A stretch of DNA of 64,000 nt from Lytechinus pictus (lineage: Eukaryota). The stretch is from assembly GCF_037042905.1 (NCBI RefSeq), contig NC_087246.1:4094001-4158000 (forward strand). Reading direction: 5' to 3'. The notes below the pieces were generated by a model. The model searched no databases. It was given only the letters and a program-made list of their open reading frames with translations, and had not been told where the DNA came from. The position numbers and the translations under genes are program-made. This document shows positions 38,801 through 52,051 of the stretch, piece by piece; the stretch's first letter is position 1; every line of letters starts with the position of its first letter.

Positions 38801-40143
38801 TAGTTGATAAGACCATGGCCCAATTTAAACTGGACTTCATAATATGAACAAATGCAGACATTAACCACTCTCTGCGGAGATTATAAATATAGCAGGAATT
38901 ACTGTACATAGTAACAGTGATTATTTAGTAATATCAGGACCAGAGCACTGTCACATAGTAGTTACTATGGAAACTGCCATCCAATGATAACGTCCTTGAG
39001 TTTGATTTGATGTAATACCACGCTGCTGTGAAAGTTACCACTAGACAGCAAAGTTACAATAATGGTAAATATTATCCAATGTGGCCTAGGTCTCCTTGAT
39101 ATGTTAATTTGGCAGGGTGGGTGTTTCATAAATGTACAAGAGATTGATAAACTTTTGGACATGCAAACACATTGGCAATGTTTAGCATAGCAGTGCTATT
39201 GAGATGGATCAAAATACAGATTTGAATTTTATAAAAGATATATGGACTGCTTTGATAGTACAGACTTGGTTGCTTCTTTCTGCTTGCAAGTACCACACTG
39301 ACCTGACCATGCCCTCTGTCATAGTTGTGCTGCGGTGCCCTTGAGCCTCTAGAAATGACTGATGCCTTTCATAGCAGTCCATCTATCTACACTATTACAT
39401 TGAGAATGACTCCAACCCACATCAAATGAGAAGAATTCTTTATCTACTGATCGACAACTATAGATACACCAATATTTATCTGTTTCCTATTGGGGGCTTG
39501 ATAGTCCCTATGAAAATGATAATTACAGAATTCAGCAGTCATTAGATTACCAAATTGAGCACTATCCCCATGTCAACTCAGGCTGGAAAATGTGAATTAC
39601 ACTGAAATCACACCATATTTAAGGGTTATTAGAATTTTTCTCAATGAACATAAAATATTTTCTTTAGTACATCACTATGAGTTAATATCAATCAATATTT
39701 TTTACTTCAATGAACACATAAAATAAACAGGTATTTCAGAAAAATGTTTTAGGATTACAATATCCTACAGCCTGAGGTTGCTTGCAAATACACTTTGGCT
39801 TCAAATATCATAACTCTTTTAAGTAGAGTTATCAATATTAACTCACAAGAGCTTTTCACACAAACTTATAACAGCACATCTAAAAAGTTCATTCATTTGA
39901 TGCCAGAACAATTGGATATCTGATACTCATAGGCAGTCAGTTCTGATATCAATTAGCTAGATGAAAAATGAAATGTGATTTTGTTTTCTATTCATCAACT
40001 TTTCTTAGTGTGAAATCTGGGTAGTATTTGATAAACATGTAACTGATTGCATGTTACAAGCTATTGTTATAATCAAATCTGTTTTAATTCTTGAATACAC
40101 AATGATTCTGCATGATGATCAGATGAGATGTTAATGAGTCATT

Positions 40144-40491
40144 TCATAATTCATCTCCAAGAATATCATCATCATCACTATCATCATATTGCTGTTCAGA
40201 CATCACTTCCTTGTTAATACTGGGATTACCCTTAGTAGGGGTATGGTGGTTGGGTGTAGACATCGGCTGGGGCCTCCCTAGGAATGGATTCATCCTCGCT
40301 GGCATGGCAGTGGCGGTGGAGGTTTGAACAATGGGCGTGGCAGTGGGTGGAGCGGTGGGTGTGGTTCCATCATCAGTTGGGGTGGAGGTGGTTGAATCAC
40401 CAAGTTCCGTGAGGAGGGTATTACGGCTCATCTGACGGACAAAGTTCTGGAGGTCCTGGTGATGTTCTCTGTCTGCTTCCTTGATCCATTC
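40144..40491 (-). CDS. TPCN1: TPC1 last coding exon (EWIKEADREHHQ...DDSDDDDILGDEL*)
   Basis: atacag acceptor, 348 nt including TGA; continues the EExxEW motif; coincides with ORF 40144..40503. Confidence 0.9.
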   Translation of the reverse strand, partial: EWIKEADREHHQDLQNFVRQMSRNTLLTELGDSTTSTPTDDGTTPTAPPTATPIVQTSTATAMPARMNPFLGRPQPMSTPNHHTPTKGNPSINKEVMSEQQYDDSDDDDILGDEL

Positions 40492-41110
40492 CTGTATCAT
40501 CAAAGAAAGGAACCTTCCACTCTTTAAAGATCCTACAATGATCTAAAACTTGATCTCAATTGAAAGCTGAATAATTATTACAGTATTTGGTAGCCCACAT
40601 GTGCACCAATCTAAGAACTCATGGTGCTACTGAACTTGGTCTAAACATGTCAGTGCTTACAGTAATCAAAGAATGCCTTCCTACCAGCAGCCATATTAAG
40701 AATTGTCTTAACACAATGGGATCTGAACCCAGGACCTAGGGGTTGAAATTTCAGAGGACTTATTCACTGATCCTGAACACCTTTCAGTAGATAAGAAACA
40801 GAAATATATTTACAGAATTTGGTTTTCATTAATTAATAAAGGAGAGTGAATTAAACTAATCTACTGACTATTTTTTCAAGCTACTATATTAACAGTTCAG
40901 ATTCCTAAGCTGTTTTCCTACTGTAGAGTAGGTCAGCGTAATTTATAAGGGTGCATGTATGTACTGACAGGCTTAGAAAGGGACAACTGAACATTTTTTT
41001 AGGGGGGGGGGCATGACCCACCATCCCAAGTTCTGCAGCCCCTTAAACTCCATATGATGAAACAAACAAAATATGCTCTTAGACTTATGAAATTTATGTT
41101 TGGAAACTAC

Positions 41111-41188
41111 CTTGACTTCCTCTGCATACATTGTCTTGCTTAGGTCAGCTTTAGTTCTCTGTCTTGTTCCTCTGTAGGCTATTGTACC
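41111..41188 (-). CDS. TPCN1: TPC1 exon, C-terminal tail (GTIAYRGTRQRTKADLSKTMYAEEVK)
   Basis: tttcag/GTAGTT, 78 nt; matches the conserved TPC1 motif GxRxRTKxDLSxxMYxEE. Confidence 0.93.
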
Positions 41189-42959
41189 CTGAAAAAAGGG
41201 AGAAAGAATATTACAATCAGTAACACTAATATCATGGACCTATCAGAGATGGAAACTCATTGAATAGTAAATGAATTCACTAGCATATGACCATCATTGT
41301 GCTTTGAATAACATTCTCTTCATGTTTTTCTACTTTCATCCTACCAAGTTCCATCGTCAATTAGGCCATGAGTTGAAAGAAGCAGTTCATGATTAGACAT
41401 TGATATTTCACAAACTGTATGCACAGAAGATGATAAATCACTTAAGTCCCGGAAAATCGATGTGCACTTCGGGTTTACCTTTGGCAATCTTAGTTCCATC
41501 TATTTTCTTTGGGAAAGTGTATTCATAATCAAAGATGTCATTGATTGTCCATTATTTATCATTCCATTTTTCAATTTTTCACCTAATTTTCCAGAGATAC
41601 ATGGCTCATATCGTGTAAAGAGCGTTTATCTCTAAATGTTATCGAGGTCATTATGAGGGTGCGGAAGTGTGTGAATCAAATAATAACATATCTTACGTCA
41701 CAAAATCGTCTGCTTCTTAATTTTTCTGCTTCAAATCTAAAGCATAATGATTGAAAACCATTTTCAAATATGGCATCAGCCAACAAGAACAAAACCAAGA
41801 AAGCAGTGCCTTTGTAAATAATCAGATACGCCTTGGTAGTCGCTATTGTCAAAACACCTGTATGTTTTCATTAAGATGCGCAATATCACTAGGCGGCGGA
41901 TCTCGTTCGATCAAAGAAATGACAATGTTGAATGTCCATCTCTAATAGGTCCATGCTAATATACTACTAACAACATCATCTGTCATAGTAATTAGTTATT
42001 ATGATTCATCTAAAAGCAACTTGATTCGACACTAAAAAGGCTTGAAAAATAGAAATGATCCACAAATTTGTTGTTCCTTTATCATCAAAGAATGCTAACT
42101 GGCATTGGACTGAATGGAGTACATGAACTTTGTACAGCATGAAGCATGAAGCTAGTTTCAGTGATTATAAAAATCTTCCAACACCCTTGTTCATACTTTC
42201 AGTACAAAATTTCTCCCCAAAACTTGACTCAATCAAGGATTAGGTATAAAACTGTACATTTAATGAATAAAATAAATACATAAAACCATCAGGATGTGGA
42301 TTGCGGTGAGAGCGGTAAGTAAAACAAATTTGGGGGGGGGGGGTTACCTGTAACATAATGTATCTGTTTCAAATAATCCTAGTTTAATTGCTTCAACAAA
42401 GTGATCTCTAAACTAATACAATGTTGTGTCTTGCCAAATCCTCCTGGCTTTTCAGCAGCAATAATACTCACACCAGAAAAAGTCCAGGGTCAATAAAAAT
42501 CTTGACTACTTACAAAATCTTTTGAAATAAGATCATGCATTTGTGAGATGCTCACAAAGAACTTCCTGTTATTAATCCCTCATCTTCTCTTATCATTTGA
42601 GCACTCTCTATACAAAAGGTAACTCAGCCTTAGGCTACAATAGTGGGATCATGCTTCTGTGTGGTATATTCACAATGAACAACAATGCTCTTAATCCTTC
42701 CTTCACCTATGAAGTACTGCTTTCATGAATTCTCTCAGCCTTTTATTCACATTACCTGTAAAGAATGACTTATATCAATTGTTGAATTGCAAGGTACTTG
42801 TAGATGGAACATCCATGATTTTATCAGTTTTGTGATGTCTAAATAGCCAACTCGACATTCTGCTCTCAGCTAAACATTGCTAACACTACAATGTTGTTTT
42901 AAAAAAATCAATACAAATTTCTCACAAAATGTTGAATAGCCCTACAAGGCTTTACTAGA

Positions 42960-43166
42960 TGATAATGATAACACTAATTTACCCAGGGTAGGCAAGGCCC
43001 TGCGTATCATGTTATTATTACCCTTCTCCGTTCTTGAAATTTGAGTGCCTGACAAGAAGGCAGAAAGTCAATTTTTTCAAGTCTGTGGTTTGACTCAGCC
43101 ATGGATCGAACCCAGAAGACCTTCCATTCATGAGGTGGGCGCTCTACCACTGAGCCACCATTCCCA
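42960..43166 (-). mobile_element. tRNA-derived SINE (degenerate)
   Basis: TGGCTCAGTGGTAGAGCG A box and GGTTCGATCC B box on the minus strand. Confidence 0.75.
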
Positions 43167-43323
43167 GTCATCGTAGAGTCTTATTTAAATTGGTAACAGT
43201 TGAGGTAACAGTTGATATTTTGATATGTTTCATTGCCCAAGCAGTGATTTGCTGGATTGTGACCAACTTTACCAAGTTGAGCACACTCTCTGATTTAGGG
43301 TTGAACAATAAATAATAACCTAC

Positions 43324-43439
43324 CCCTCTATGAAGGTTTCCTAGCAGGAGAGCTAGACTCACATCAGCCCGAGCTCTGGGGAAGAATTCATCTACTTCAT
43401 CAGCAGTCAGACTCATCGCTACTTCAACAATAGATTCAG
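43324..43439 (-). CDS. TPCN1: TPC1 exon, C-terminal tail (SESIVEVAMSLTADEVDEFFPRARADVSLALLLGNLHRG)
   Basis: cctcag/GTAGGT, 116 nt; phase 1/0 bridges the flanking exons exactly. Confidence 0.85.
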
Positions 43440-44337
43440 CTGAGGAAAGAAGACAGTTACATTGTCATCCATATACCAAAGATAGTCATTCATGGGACAA
43501 TTCCATCAATATGTCCACTCCTTTCATTGTTTGAATGATTTGCCACTGTTTTCTTGATAATTTATAAAGTTATAATGCCATTGAGTTGAGGTTCATGAAT
43601 GGATGCGAAAATTGGGAAAAGGATGATTACTTTATGTAATTACCCTATGGCTAAGCTCATTCCAAATCTGATACTCAATTATTAAAGAAAAGGTATTCTT
43701 GGCAAACTGAAAATTGTCTGTAAATTGAATGAATAAATATAAGCCTATATACACACTATATTTTTTGGTTAGATAATTTTTTTGTGAATTACTTATTCCA
43801 ATTTTCATGAGTGGCTTTATTTGCAGTCTCAAAACTAGTAAAAAAAAAGTGAAATAAGATATTTTTAAATTTTAACTTCTGTTGTTCCGTTGGGTGATTC
43901 CGAGTTTGGTGTTCAATGATTTTGAAAGCACAAGTCAAAGGGTTCTTAAATTATCACAATAAAAGTGTGATTTAAGGTATAATGACCTCTGTGACCTGGT
44001 ACCGTTGACATCCATACCCAAAAACAAATCAGTTAATTGTCACTCCCATAAGCATACACGATCCAAATAGAAAGTCAATCCGTCAAATGTTCTTAAGTTA
44101 TCGCAATCTAAACAAAAAGAGGATGGGCCGATGGACAACCTGAAACATAATTCTTGCACCAGCTACAATGGGTGGAGGCAGATCAAATACCGGGTAATCA
44201 AAATCTTATTATTGATAGCTAAGCATCTTTTGAAATTGATCTCAGTTTTATTTTAAGTTTGCTGCTGTGCTGATTTGAATATAGGCCAAACACCAAACAC
44301 CAAGAGGTCAACACTAAACATCAAATGACTGACTTAC

Positions 44338-44449
44338 ATTCACCATCATCTATCTGATTCTCATCTGTTTGTTCTGCTTTTCTTTGATGATATTGTATCC
44401 TGAAGAGAAAGGCTTCTAAGATGAATGCTATCACTATGGTTACAACTAC
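44338..44449 (-). CDS. TPCN1: TPC1 exon, end of IIS6 (VVVTIVIAFILEAFLFRIQYHQRKAEQTDENQIDDGE)
   Basis: ttacag/GTAAGT, 112 nt; AFILEAFxFR is characteristic of TPC1. Confidence 0.95.
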
Positions 44450-44627
44450 CTGTAAGATGAATACAAAATAAAAGCATGAAACATTATTGATTAGAGCAGT
44501 TGAGTTACAAATAATTCCTGCTGTACTTCCTCAAAGTTAAAGTATGAGGGGAATGATGTTAATAGCATAGCCATAATGTATTGTGATAAAAGTGGCTTGG
44601 TAGAAAACCAAGCATTTTCACACCAAT

Positions 44628-46356
44628 AGACCTTATCGCAAATAGCGTTTGTCGCATGAAGGCGTATGTCACCGCAAAGGATCACGGGAATGAAAAGGGA
44701 GCAAACGCGAAATCGGCTTTCGGGAAGCCATACAACGCCATATGTTTTGTGTACTGTCACTCAAATTCGAGGCTTTATTTAAAGTCGAATTTCTTCGTAT
44801 TGAAACTATTTTGGATACTTGAATATGAATTTATAGAACAATCTTTGTATCATGATTGCACAGTGAAAGTATGAACTTAATGCTCACAATATTTTCATTG
44901 TTTTCTCGGGCTGAATTCGTGCAGTTTTGTAAAAAAAGTGAGCATGCATGGTCACAGAATCTCAAGGTCAATGCCGATCGACTTTGAAGAAAAGAACACG
45001 TCGGCGATCCGAACGAAGAGAGATCATTAGGCTATTTTAAAAGAATATTTATTCGAATCAATAGGCCTAGACCATATTAATTTTATATAGTATAGCTAGT
45101 AAATTTAGTTTTTTATTTTGGGGGACATAGTCCTTTTCAAATCGGGCTTTTGAGTTTGATCAATTCATAATGTTAGAGAGAGGGAGGTGGGGGGGGGGGG
45201 TGAACTCGAGGATCATGAGATCAACCAAATCTAAAATATATATATATAAAAATAAGATGGTAAATATGTATATATTTAAAAGAATATATATATGTATGTA
45301 TATGTCATGCAGTATATAAAATCAAATAAATCCATTAATTTAAAACATTTTATGATGTAGGCCCTATACTTGATCTAATATTCTTCATGATCTCCCTTCT
45401 ATAACCTCACCATAATTTTTTTTGTCCGAAGCAGCTGCTTGATATTTTATTCATAGATATATTATGCCTACAGATGCATATATATATTCATTTTTACATA
45501 TACAATTTTATTTATGAAACAAACTTTTTTTTTTCAAAAGTTGCATCTTCAATTAATTTCCTTTCATTCATGTCTCTCACAGATCACCGTCTTCCTCATT
45601 TATTTTTTTTAAATCCATTTTTCTCTCATCATACTTTTATCTTTTCTCATATTTTTATTAGATTTAATTCATTATTTTGTCTTTGCAGTAATATGAAATC
45701 TCGCGACCAGGCCACTATAATGAAACTTCAGAATATCTGGCCATGTCTGTAGAGAGAAAAATAAAACAAAATCATGATTGAGATAATTATTCAACATGTA
45801 TTCTTGACAATCAATTGATACATATTACTAAAATATACAACTAGAATAAAGTAATAAAATCTACTGCAAAGTTTATGTTTTTAATGATCATCATTATATT
45901 ATTTTAATTTGTTGGAATTCAGGGACTTCCCTCCATCTCGCCGACGTACTGTACACTGGACCGAGAGTGCACACAGTCTGTGCACAAGCACACTTTTCAC
46001 AGTCACAGCTGCACAGCTCAGAATACGCGCATACAGTGCGTGAAAATTAAACAAAACTGCACTTTTCTTATTTAAATCTTCGGTAATTCTTGCAGCTATA
46101 GAAAGCACATCTATCTCTACCACCCATAATTAAGAAGAAAATTGATGTTAGACTCTGGAACAAATATGATGAGGCGTTGACTGGAAGTTAGCAAAATGTT
46201 GGCTGCGGGCGTCGATCGTATTTTGATACACTATGGAAATCGTATACTATATTGTCGGCTGCTTGCGTTCGCATGGTCGCATCCGGACAATAGCGGCGCT
46301 ATTGCTCCCTTTTTGATCCCATGATCCTTTGCGTGAATCTATTTGCGATAAGGTCT
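44628..46356. mobile_element. 1.7-kb non-autonomous DNA transposon with AT flanks (ISL2EU/Harbinger-related?)
   Basis: Perfect 18-bp TIR AGACCTTATCGCAAATAG, AT on both sides; CpG-rich ends inside a CpG-poor intron. Confidence 0.8.
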
Positions 46357-47138
46357 ATCACAATGATGATAACCCATAAAGATATCTCCACACCAAACTA
46401 ATTGCTTGCAACCCATCCAAAAAACAAAAATACCTGTCATTTTCTGATCGGGAAATCTACCCTTATCTACAGCCATGGCCAGGTATTTTTAACAGTGTGA
46501 AAGCAAGGTTGCTTGTAATATCCACTTATTAGTAGATAGTTTCAATATCACATGAACTGTTGCAGTGTTTTTCCAAGTATTCTCTCTGTGTGAAAGCAAT
46601 TTTAACTTCTATTCCATCCCAGTGAGTACATTGCGCACAGTAGGAAACTTGAAAGTGGCATGCCTTGACTGCTATGAGGACTGTACGGTGCCTGCTCATA
46701 ATTCTGAGAATTTGAAGCAGTCTGTTTTTGGGGGTGGGTATGAATGTGGAAAATAATTATCAGGTATTAGGAGGGCTTAACAAATTCTCCTAAAATAAAA
46801 AGTATTTTGGTGATCAAGTTGGTCTGGAAGCACCTACTGTCTAACAAGAATTATATCTTGCATCCCAGGTTATTTCTCACTCTATGGCCAATGCTAAAGC
46901 AATGTTATTAGAATCCTTGAGATAACACTTTGGTGTTAATGTTCCAGGTATTTTTTTTTTCTTGAGAATTGTAATCATAATCACCACATTACAATTATCA
47001 CCACAATAACCATCACCGTCCACTCTCCATCTCCTTGGCTATCTTCTTTTATAAACCATCACAATGGAGTTCATGATCAACAGTTAAAGTTGATCATTAA
47101 ATAAATGATATTATCTGGTGATGTTTTTATAAACTTAC

Positions 47139-47207
47139 CATACTAGATAGGTAGAAAAGAAAGAAGTATATTCTGCTCCATTCTGAAACAACAGATGCAT
47201 ATCCTCC
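47139..47207 (-). CDS. TPCN1: TPC1 exon, start of IIS6 (GGYASVVSEWSRIYFFLFYLSSM)
   Basis: tttcag/GTAAGT, 69 nt; WSRxYF motif. Confidence 0.95.
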
Positions 47208-47603
47208 CTGAAAACACAAAAGAGAGATTTTTATTTGTATTCCATATCTATGAAACAAGACATGGAAAATATATGAATGTTATGATTCATCCAGTAAACT
47301 CGAAATATCAATCAGTTATGAATCTTTACTGGAAATTTGTGAAAATTGTAAAGTAAAAACTCACAATTCTCTGTAGTCGCGACATGGTACTTTAATATGA
47401 TTGTTTACTAAGAGCCATTAAGCATTTACATTTTAACAAATCATAGGTGAAAAGTAAAAGATTATATGGAAAACTAAATACATGTTTTCTTTTTTACATC
47501 ATGTTACAGTATAGACAAATAAACATTGCTAAACTACTCAAGCTGCATGAAAAAAATGAATAGAAAAATAGAGAATAATCTCAGTAAAATTTCTATCACT
47601 CAC

Positions 47604-47650
47604 CATTATAATATGCCAATTGTTGACAACAGTCAATTCAAATAATGTAA
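47604..47650 (-). CDS. TPCN1: TPC1 exon, pore helix and filter II (VTLFELTVVNNWHIIM)
   Basis: ttgcag/GTGAGT, 47 nt; the VVNNW filter is diagnostic of animal TPCs. Confidence 0.97.
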
Positions 47651-47948
47651 CTGCAAGGCAAAAGAAGAAAAACATATGTAAGGATGATACTTATAATTAC
47701 AGATAACACTTTAACAAGATCAGACCAAAGGTACTTATATCAAGCCCAACATTTTCTCTTTTTAACATGCATTTTTTCCATGTTTGCTTGCTTTTAGAGT
47801 AAAGTGGTAACTTGCGATTTTATTTTTTCAGAATCTGATCTTTACCCCATTTTTCATGCAAACGTATAGTTGTAATGTTTTCTCATTTGCTTCTCATTGG
47901 AACATGTATATAAGAGAGAGGAGGTCTGCAGATGAAGATCAAGTATCA

Positions 47949-48112
47949 TGCTACAGTCACATTTCCCCTATGGCAGCCGTATGGTGAGTTGAAAACAGCA
48001 GTTTTATTCAGTTTATTCAAATTACCACCTATATGTAGCTGGTACAAAAAATTTAAAAACGGCTGTTTTCGACTCGCCATACAGCCGCTGTAGGGGAAAT
48101 ATGACTGCACTA
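47949..48112. mobile_element. PIF/Harbinger-type MITE, copy 3 (CpG-decayed)
   Basis: Collinear with 24409-24573 and 26266-26430. Confidence 0.75.
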
Positions 48113-48170
48113 TAACTATTCCTACATGAGTTTATAGTCTACATGGCATTGATAATCATTTATACATTAC

Positions 48171-48262
48171 CATAACTCCTCAGTATATCATCAAAGTTGT
48201 TTAAATAGAAATAATCCTTGTATCTTGAAGAGTTGCTATAGTAATCTGCAAAAGTATCATTC
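48171..48262 (-). CDS. TPCN1: TPC1 exon, second luminal pore loop (NDTFADYYSNSSRYKDYFYLNNFDDILRSY)
   Basis: ttacag/GTAATG, 92 nt; YxYLNNFD motif; N-glycosylation sequons NDT and NSS. Confidence 0.95.
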
Positions 48263-49288
48263 CTGTAAAAATAACAATTGATGGCAAATAATAATAATTA
48301 TTACAATACAAGTACTAGTAATAATAGTCTGTTTTTATAAAGCACGTTTGATGCATATCACACAATGTCAGCATGTGCTTCAGAATAACAGCAAATAAAA
48401 ATAAATATTTCTGAGTTTGCTTTGTTGAATCAAGGTAAGGTAGGATTGAAGCATTAAAGAAATATGGAGATTTAACCACAAACAAACATATTTTATATCA
48501 ATCAGTGGAAAGTATTTCTTCTACTATCCTATTAGATATTGATTATTGTATTGAGAAGCTGATATATTGCAGCTTGCCGGAAATGCCCATTATAACTATA
48601 CATTGTGTGTCCATCGTAATGAAAGTATTGAAGCTATCATCAAATTTTACTAAAAGGTAGATATAAAGGCCCGTATTGTGAACTCTGCTATAATTCAAAC
48701 TGGATAGCTAATGTATTGTACAGGTTGAATTTATCAGCTCATTTTACACTCAAACCTTTCATAACCATCAGGGAATGATGAATAAAATACTTTTTTATCA
48801 TAAATAAATCATGAAGAAAGAGACAAAAAACATCAGAACAGAGCTATCAACCTTTTTAAGAACAAATTTGACTCTTTATCTCCAAGATTAGTATTTTCCC
48901 ATCAAAAAGAGTATTTTTCCCACTATGTGTAGATTTTTTTCATTAATCATCGACCTTATTTATGAAATGCTTTTAGTTTTAGATACATTTATTATTGTGA
49001 AATATATTATATTTCAGGGGAAAAGGGGGTAAAATATGAAAATAAAAGGAGATAGATTCCACGGTATATATGCTCTTTTCACATTTAATATCTAACGTTA
49101 CATGTTGTGACAGGCCTCCCTTGATATTACTATTACTGGCCCCACATAAAGAATAGGTCTGTAAGAAACATACGATGCAAACGAAATTTTATATTTCAGG
49201 CTTCCAATATTCTTAGAACAAATTAAACACAGCCTAATTTAACTGGACTTTGGGTTACAGGCCCATAGGATAAAACAAAAATACTGAC

Positions 49289-49378
49289 CTGCAACAATTC
49301 TCTAATTTAGTTTCAGCAAAGAACTCCATACCGATGATAGCATAGAAGTAATAAATAATGAGCAGACAGACTCCAACA
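49289..49378 (-). CDS. TPCN1: TPC1 exon, IIS5 (VGVCLLIIYYFYAIIGMEFFAETKLENCC)
   Basis: tgtcag/GTCAGT, 90 nt; YYxxAIxGMEFF...NCC motif. Confidence 0.95.
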
Positions 49379-49686
49379 CTGACAGGAAGAAAATCATAAT
49401 CGATCATAACAAATTATAAACATTCTAATTGGCAAGTAAATCACTCTTATCACAATTATTACATTTGTCTAACTTGATACTTATTCATTTCTTAAGAATA
49501 TAACTGCAGATTCAGGCAGAACTTTATATTTTCAATTGAATCTTTCTACAGCTCAATGTGATTCAGCAATATTCAATATTATGCTTAACATAACTTGACT
49601 TAAATTTTACTAATTTTAACCAAAATCATACTATCTTTACATTTTAAATCTCTAAGAATCTAGACCTCAAAGCCAACAAAGCTCAC

Positions 49687-49758
49687 CTTGCCATCCTTGG
49701 TGTAAGTTCATATAATGTCCCAAATACATCACGATATCTCTTGTTAATCTTGAATATT
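49687..49758 (-). CDS. TPCN1: TPC1 exon, IIS4-S5 linker (IFKINKRYRDVFGTLYELTPRMAS)
   Basis: tttcag/GTGAGC, 72 nt; matches the TPC1 linker pattern FKLKxRYRxVxxTxxELxPRMAS. Confidence 0.95.
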
Positions 49759-52051
49759 CTGAAAAAGAATTAATAAATTATACAGACACACATGTTATGA
49801 TTAGATCTGTGTATTATTTGCTATAATGCAATGCATGAAATAATAATATTGCACACAAAAAAACAAACCCAGAGCTAAATCCTACAAAAGGGAGTCTCAT
49901 ACATGCAAAGACAAAGTGTACTACTGCCATCTTTGATCAATTAATGAAAGGTACATGTATGATAAAGTTGACATGTGTCTATATTCATGGACAACGGGGA
50001 ATTGTTTATTTTTTAAATGCATTTCAGTGAAAGTTGATGGAATTTGACAGGAACAGAAGAAGGTGGGTGGGGTTTGTCTAAACACTAGAATGGTCATGTC
50101 AGTTAATTGCAACTTGGTCTACAACCACTTGTTCTTCACTCCTTTTGTCTCATTCCACATGGTATAATCCTAGTTCATCTACAGTTTATCTACTAACCAT
50201 TAAGTCTAATTGCCATTTAAACCATTTACCATTTTGTCTAAGTTCCAGTTAAGCTAAAACCATTTGGTCTAATATCCACTTTGTCCAACACTGCTTAGTC
50301 TATATGATAAGATCAATTAACTATTATAACCCAATTTTTATTGACAGAGTGCAAAGAAAGAAGTAAAGTTAGATCATCTTGGCATTAGACGACAGTTAGA
50401 CCGAGTGATGGTTGGACCAAATGTCTATTGGACTAGATGTCAATAGTCCGAGTGGATGTAGCCAAGATGGTGCAAGACAATCTGAGAATTTTAAAGCATC
50501 TGCTAGTAGACTAGAAGCGGATACAACCTATAAGGTTGAACAAAACAAGGCTGTATGAAACTAGTGGGGCATCAAAAGTGTGTTCCTAGTATTTCAAATA
50601 AAGATTATATGTTCAAGAATGTGAACAAAATATGACCCATATAACATTGTATCTCTGATAGTCTTTCATTTGACAAGACACAGTAGCTTCGAGATAGAAA
50701 GCTGGAATTTTAACAGGACATTGCATGGAGTATGTAGTTTAAAAAAATAATATTTTGCCCAAAATTGGAGATCCAGTTTCGAGAATAGGCCAAATCTTTT
50801 GAAAAGTGATTTTGTTTGTTGATTTCAAAAGTCTGCCAAAGTTAATTTACTTTTGATTTACAACTTTCTGTAACAATCAAATTAAACACAATACACTGAC
50901 GCAATCATCACTTGAAATCTTCTGTACTAGATTAAGCACAACAACAAATGTACAATGAGGATTGCGATGTAATAAAGAGTGCAGCCTTAAAGGAAAAGAA
51001 AAGAAAGGAAAAAAAAAGACACTTGAAGGAAAAGAGACAATTGCCCCAAAATAATCCTCAGTGTGTCTAAACTCCAGTAAATGGCTATGGAATTTGGTGT
51101 GACTCAAGAATAATAGGCAGCCCTCATACAGAAAATATAATTTCCCCTGAAAGAGCCCTGCAAAGAATGTTTGTTTAATTTGTTAGCGAGTTTCTAAATC
51201 CATGAATGTTTTCCAAGCATACAGTTAAACTATTTCCATACAGACTTTGTAGATATCAGGGTTAGACAGAACAGTCATAGCGAAAAGAGCTTGTAAAATT
51301 TTGATTAGATTGAGTTTCAAAATGTATACGCAGACAAAATCTAATTTGATAATGAATTTCACAAAAACATAGAAGATTGTGTAGAAAGTAATGGCTGATG
51401 ACAAATAAATGAACTTTGTACACCTTATGCTTTGATGCATTGAATACAGTATGTATAATATATCCCAGCTCACTAAGCACATCATTTGTAAATAGATATA
51501 AAGAACATTTTGTAGAATGTATATACATGTATAGTTAGCCCATCTTTGAAAGAGAAGAACCAAGTAAAATAGTTTGTCTCCAAGATACTAAGTTATGAAG
51601 TACCAGTTGTTGCAGCAAACATGATTGAGAAAGTCTTATAATAAAGTTTCATTGCTACAATATCATTGTAGATCTGATTCAAACATGAACCTCACTCTGT
51701 GAAATTATGAAATCTGAGCTAAAAATTATTACAATGAAGATCACAAAGACAGATAAGCACATATGAAGCAGTACAGTATTATTGCTTGGACATAAGACCA
51801 GACACCTGGCTGGAATGTTCTGCTTATTTTGTCCACTTCTTGGCAATAAACATTTTTCTACTAGAATTGGGCACATACAGGTGTATATATTTTCAAAATT
51901 TATGCATACAGACACTTTAACTGGCCTATGTTTAAGATTCATCTCCTCATCCCTTATGAAATGTACTTGTTAACATATCCATTGCAGCGCTTTGAATAAA
52001 TTGTCATGGTTACTGCAAGTTCAACCACAGTGATGTTAGATGGCTATTTGA

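Noticed and set aside
33880..40143. TPC1 3' UTR end / poly(A) site
   Set aside because: Several minus-strand AATAAA candidates occur in AT-rich sequence; none can be singled out without transcript data.
40147..40158. C-terminal GDEL as a KDEL-type ER retrieval signal
   Set aside because: The TPC C-terminus is cytosolic, whereas KDEL receptors act in the lumen.
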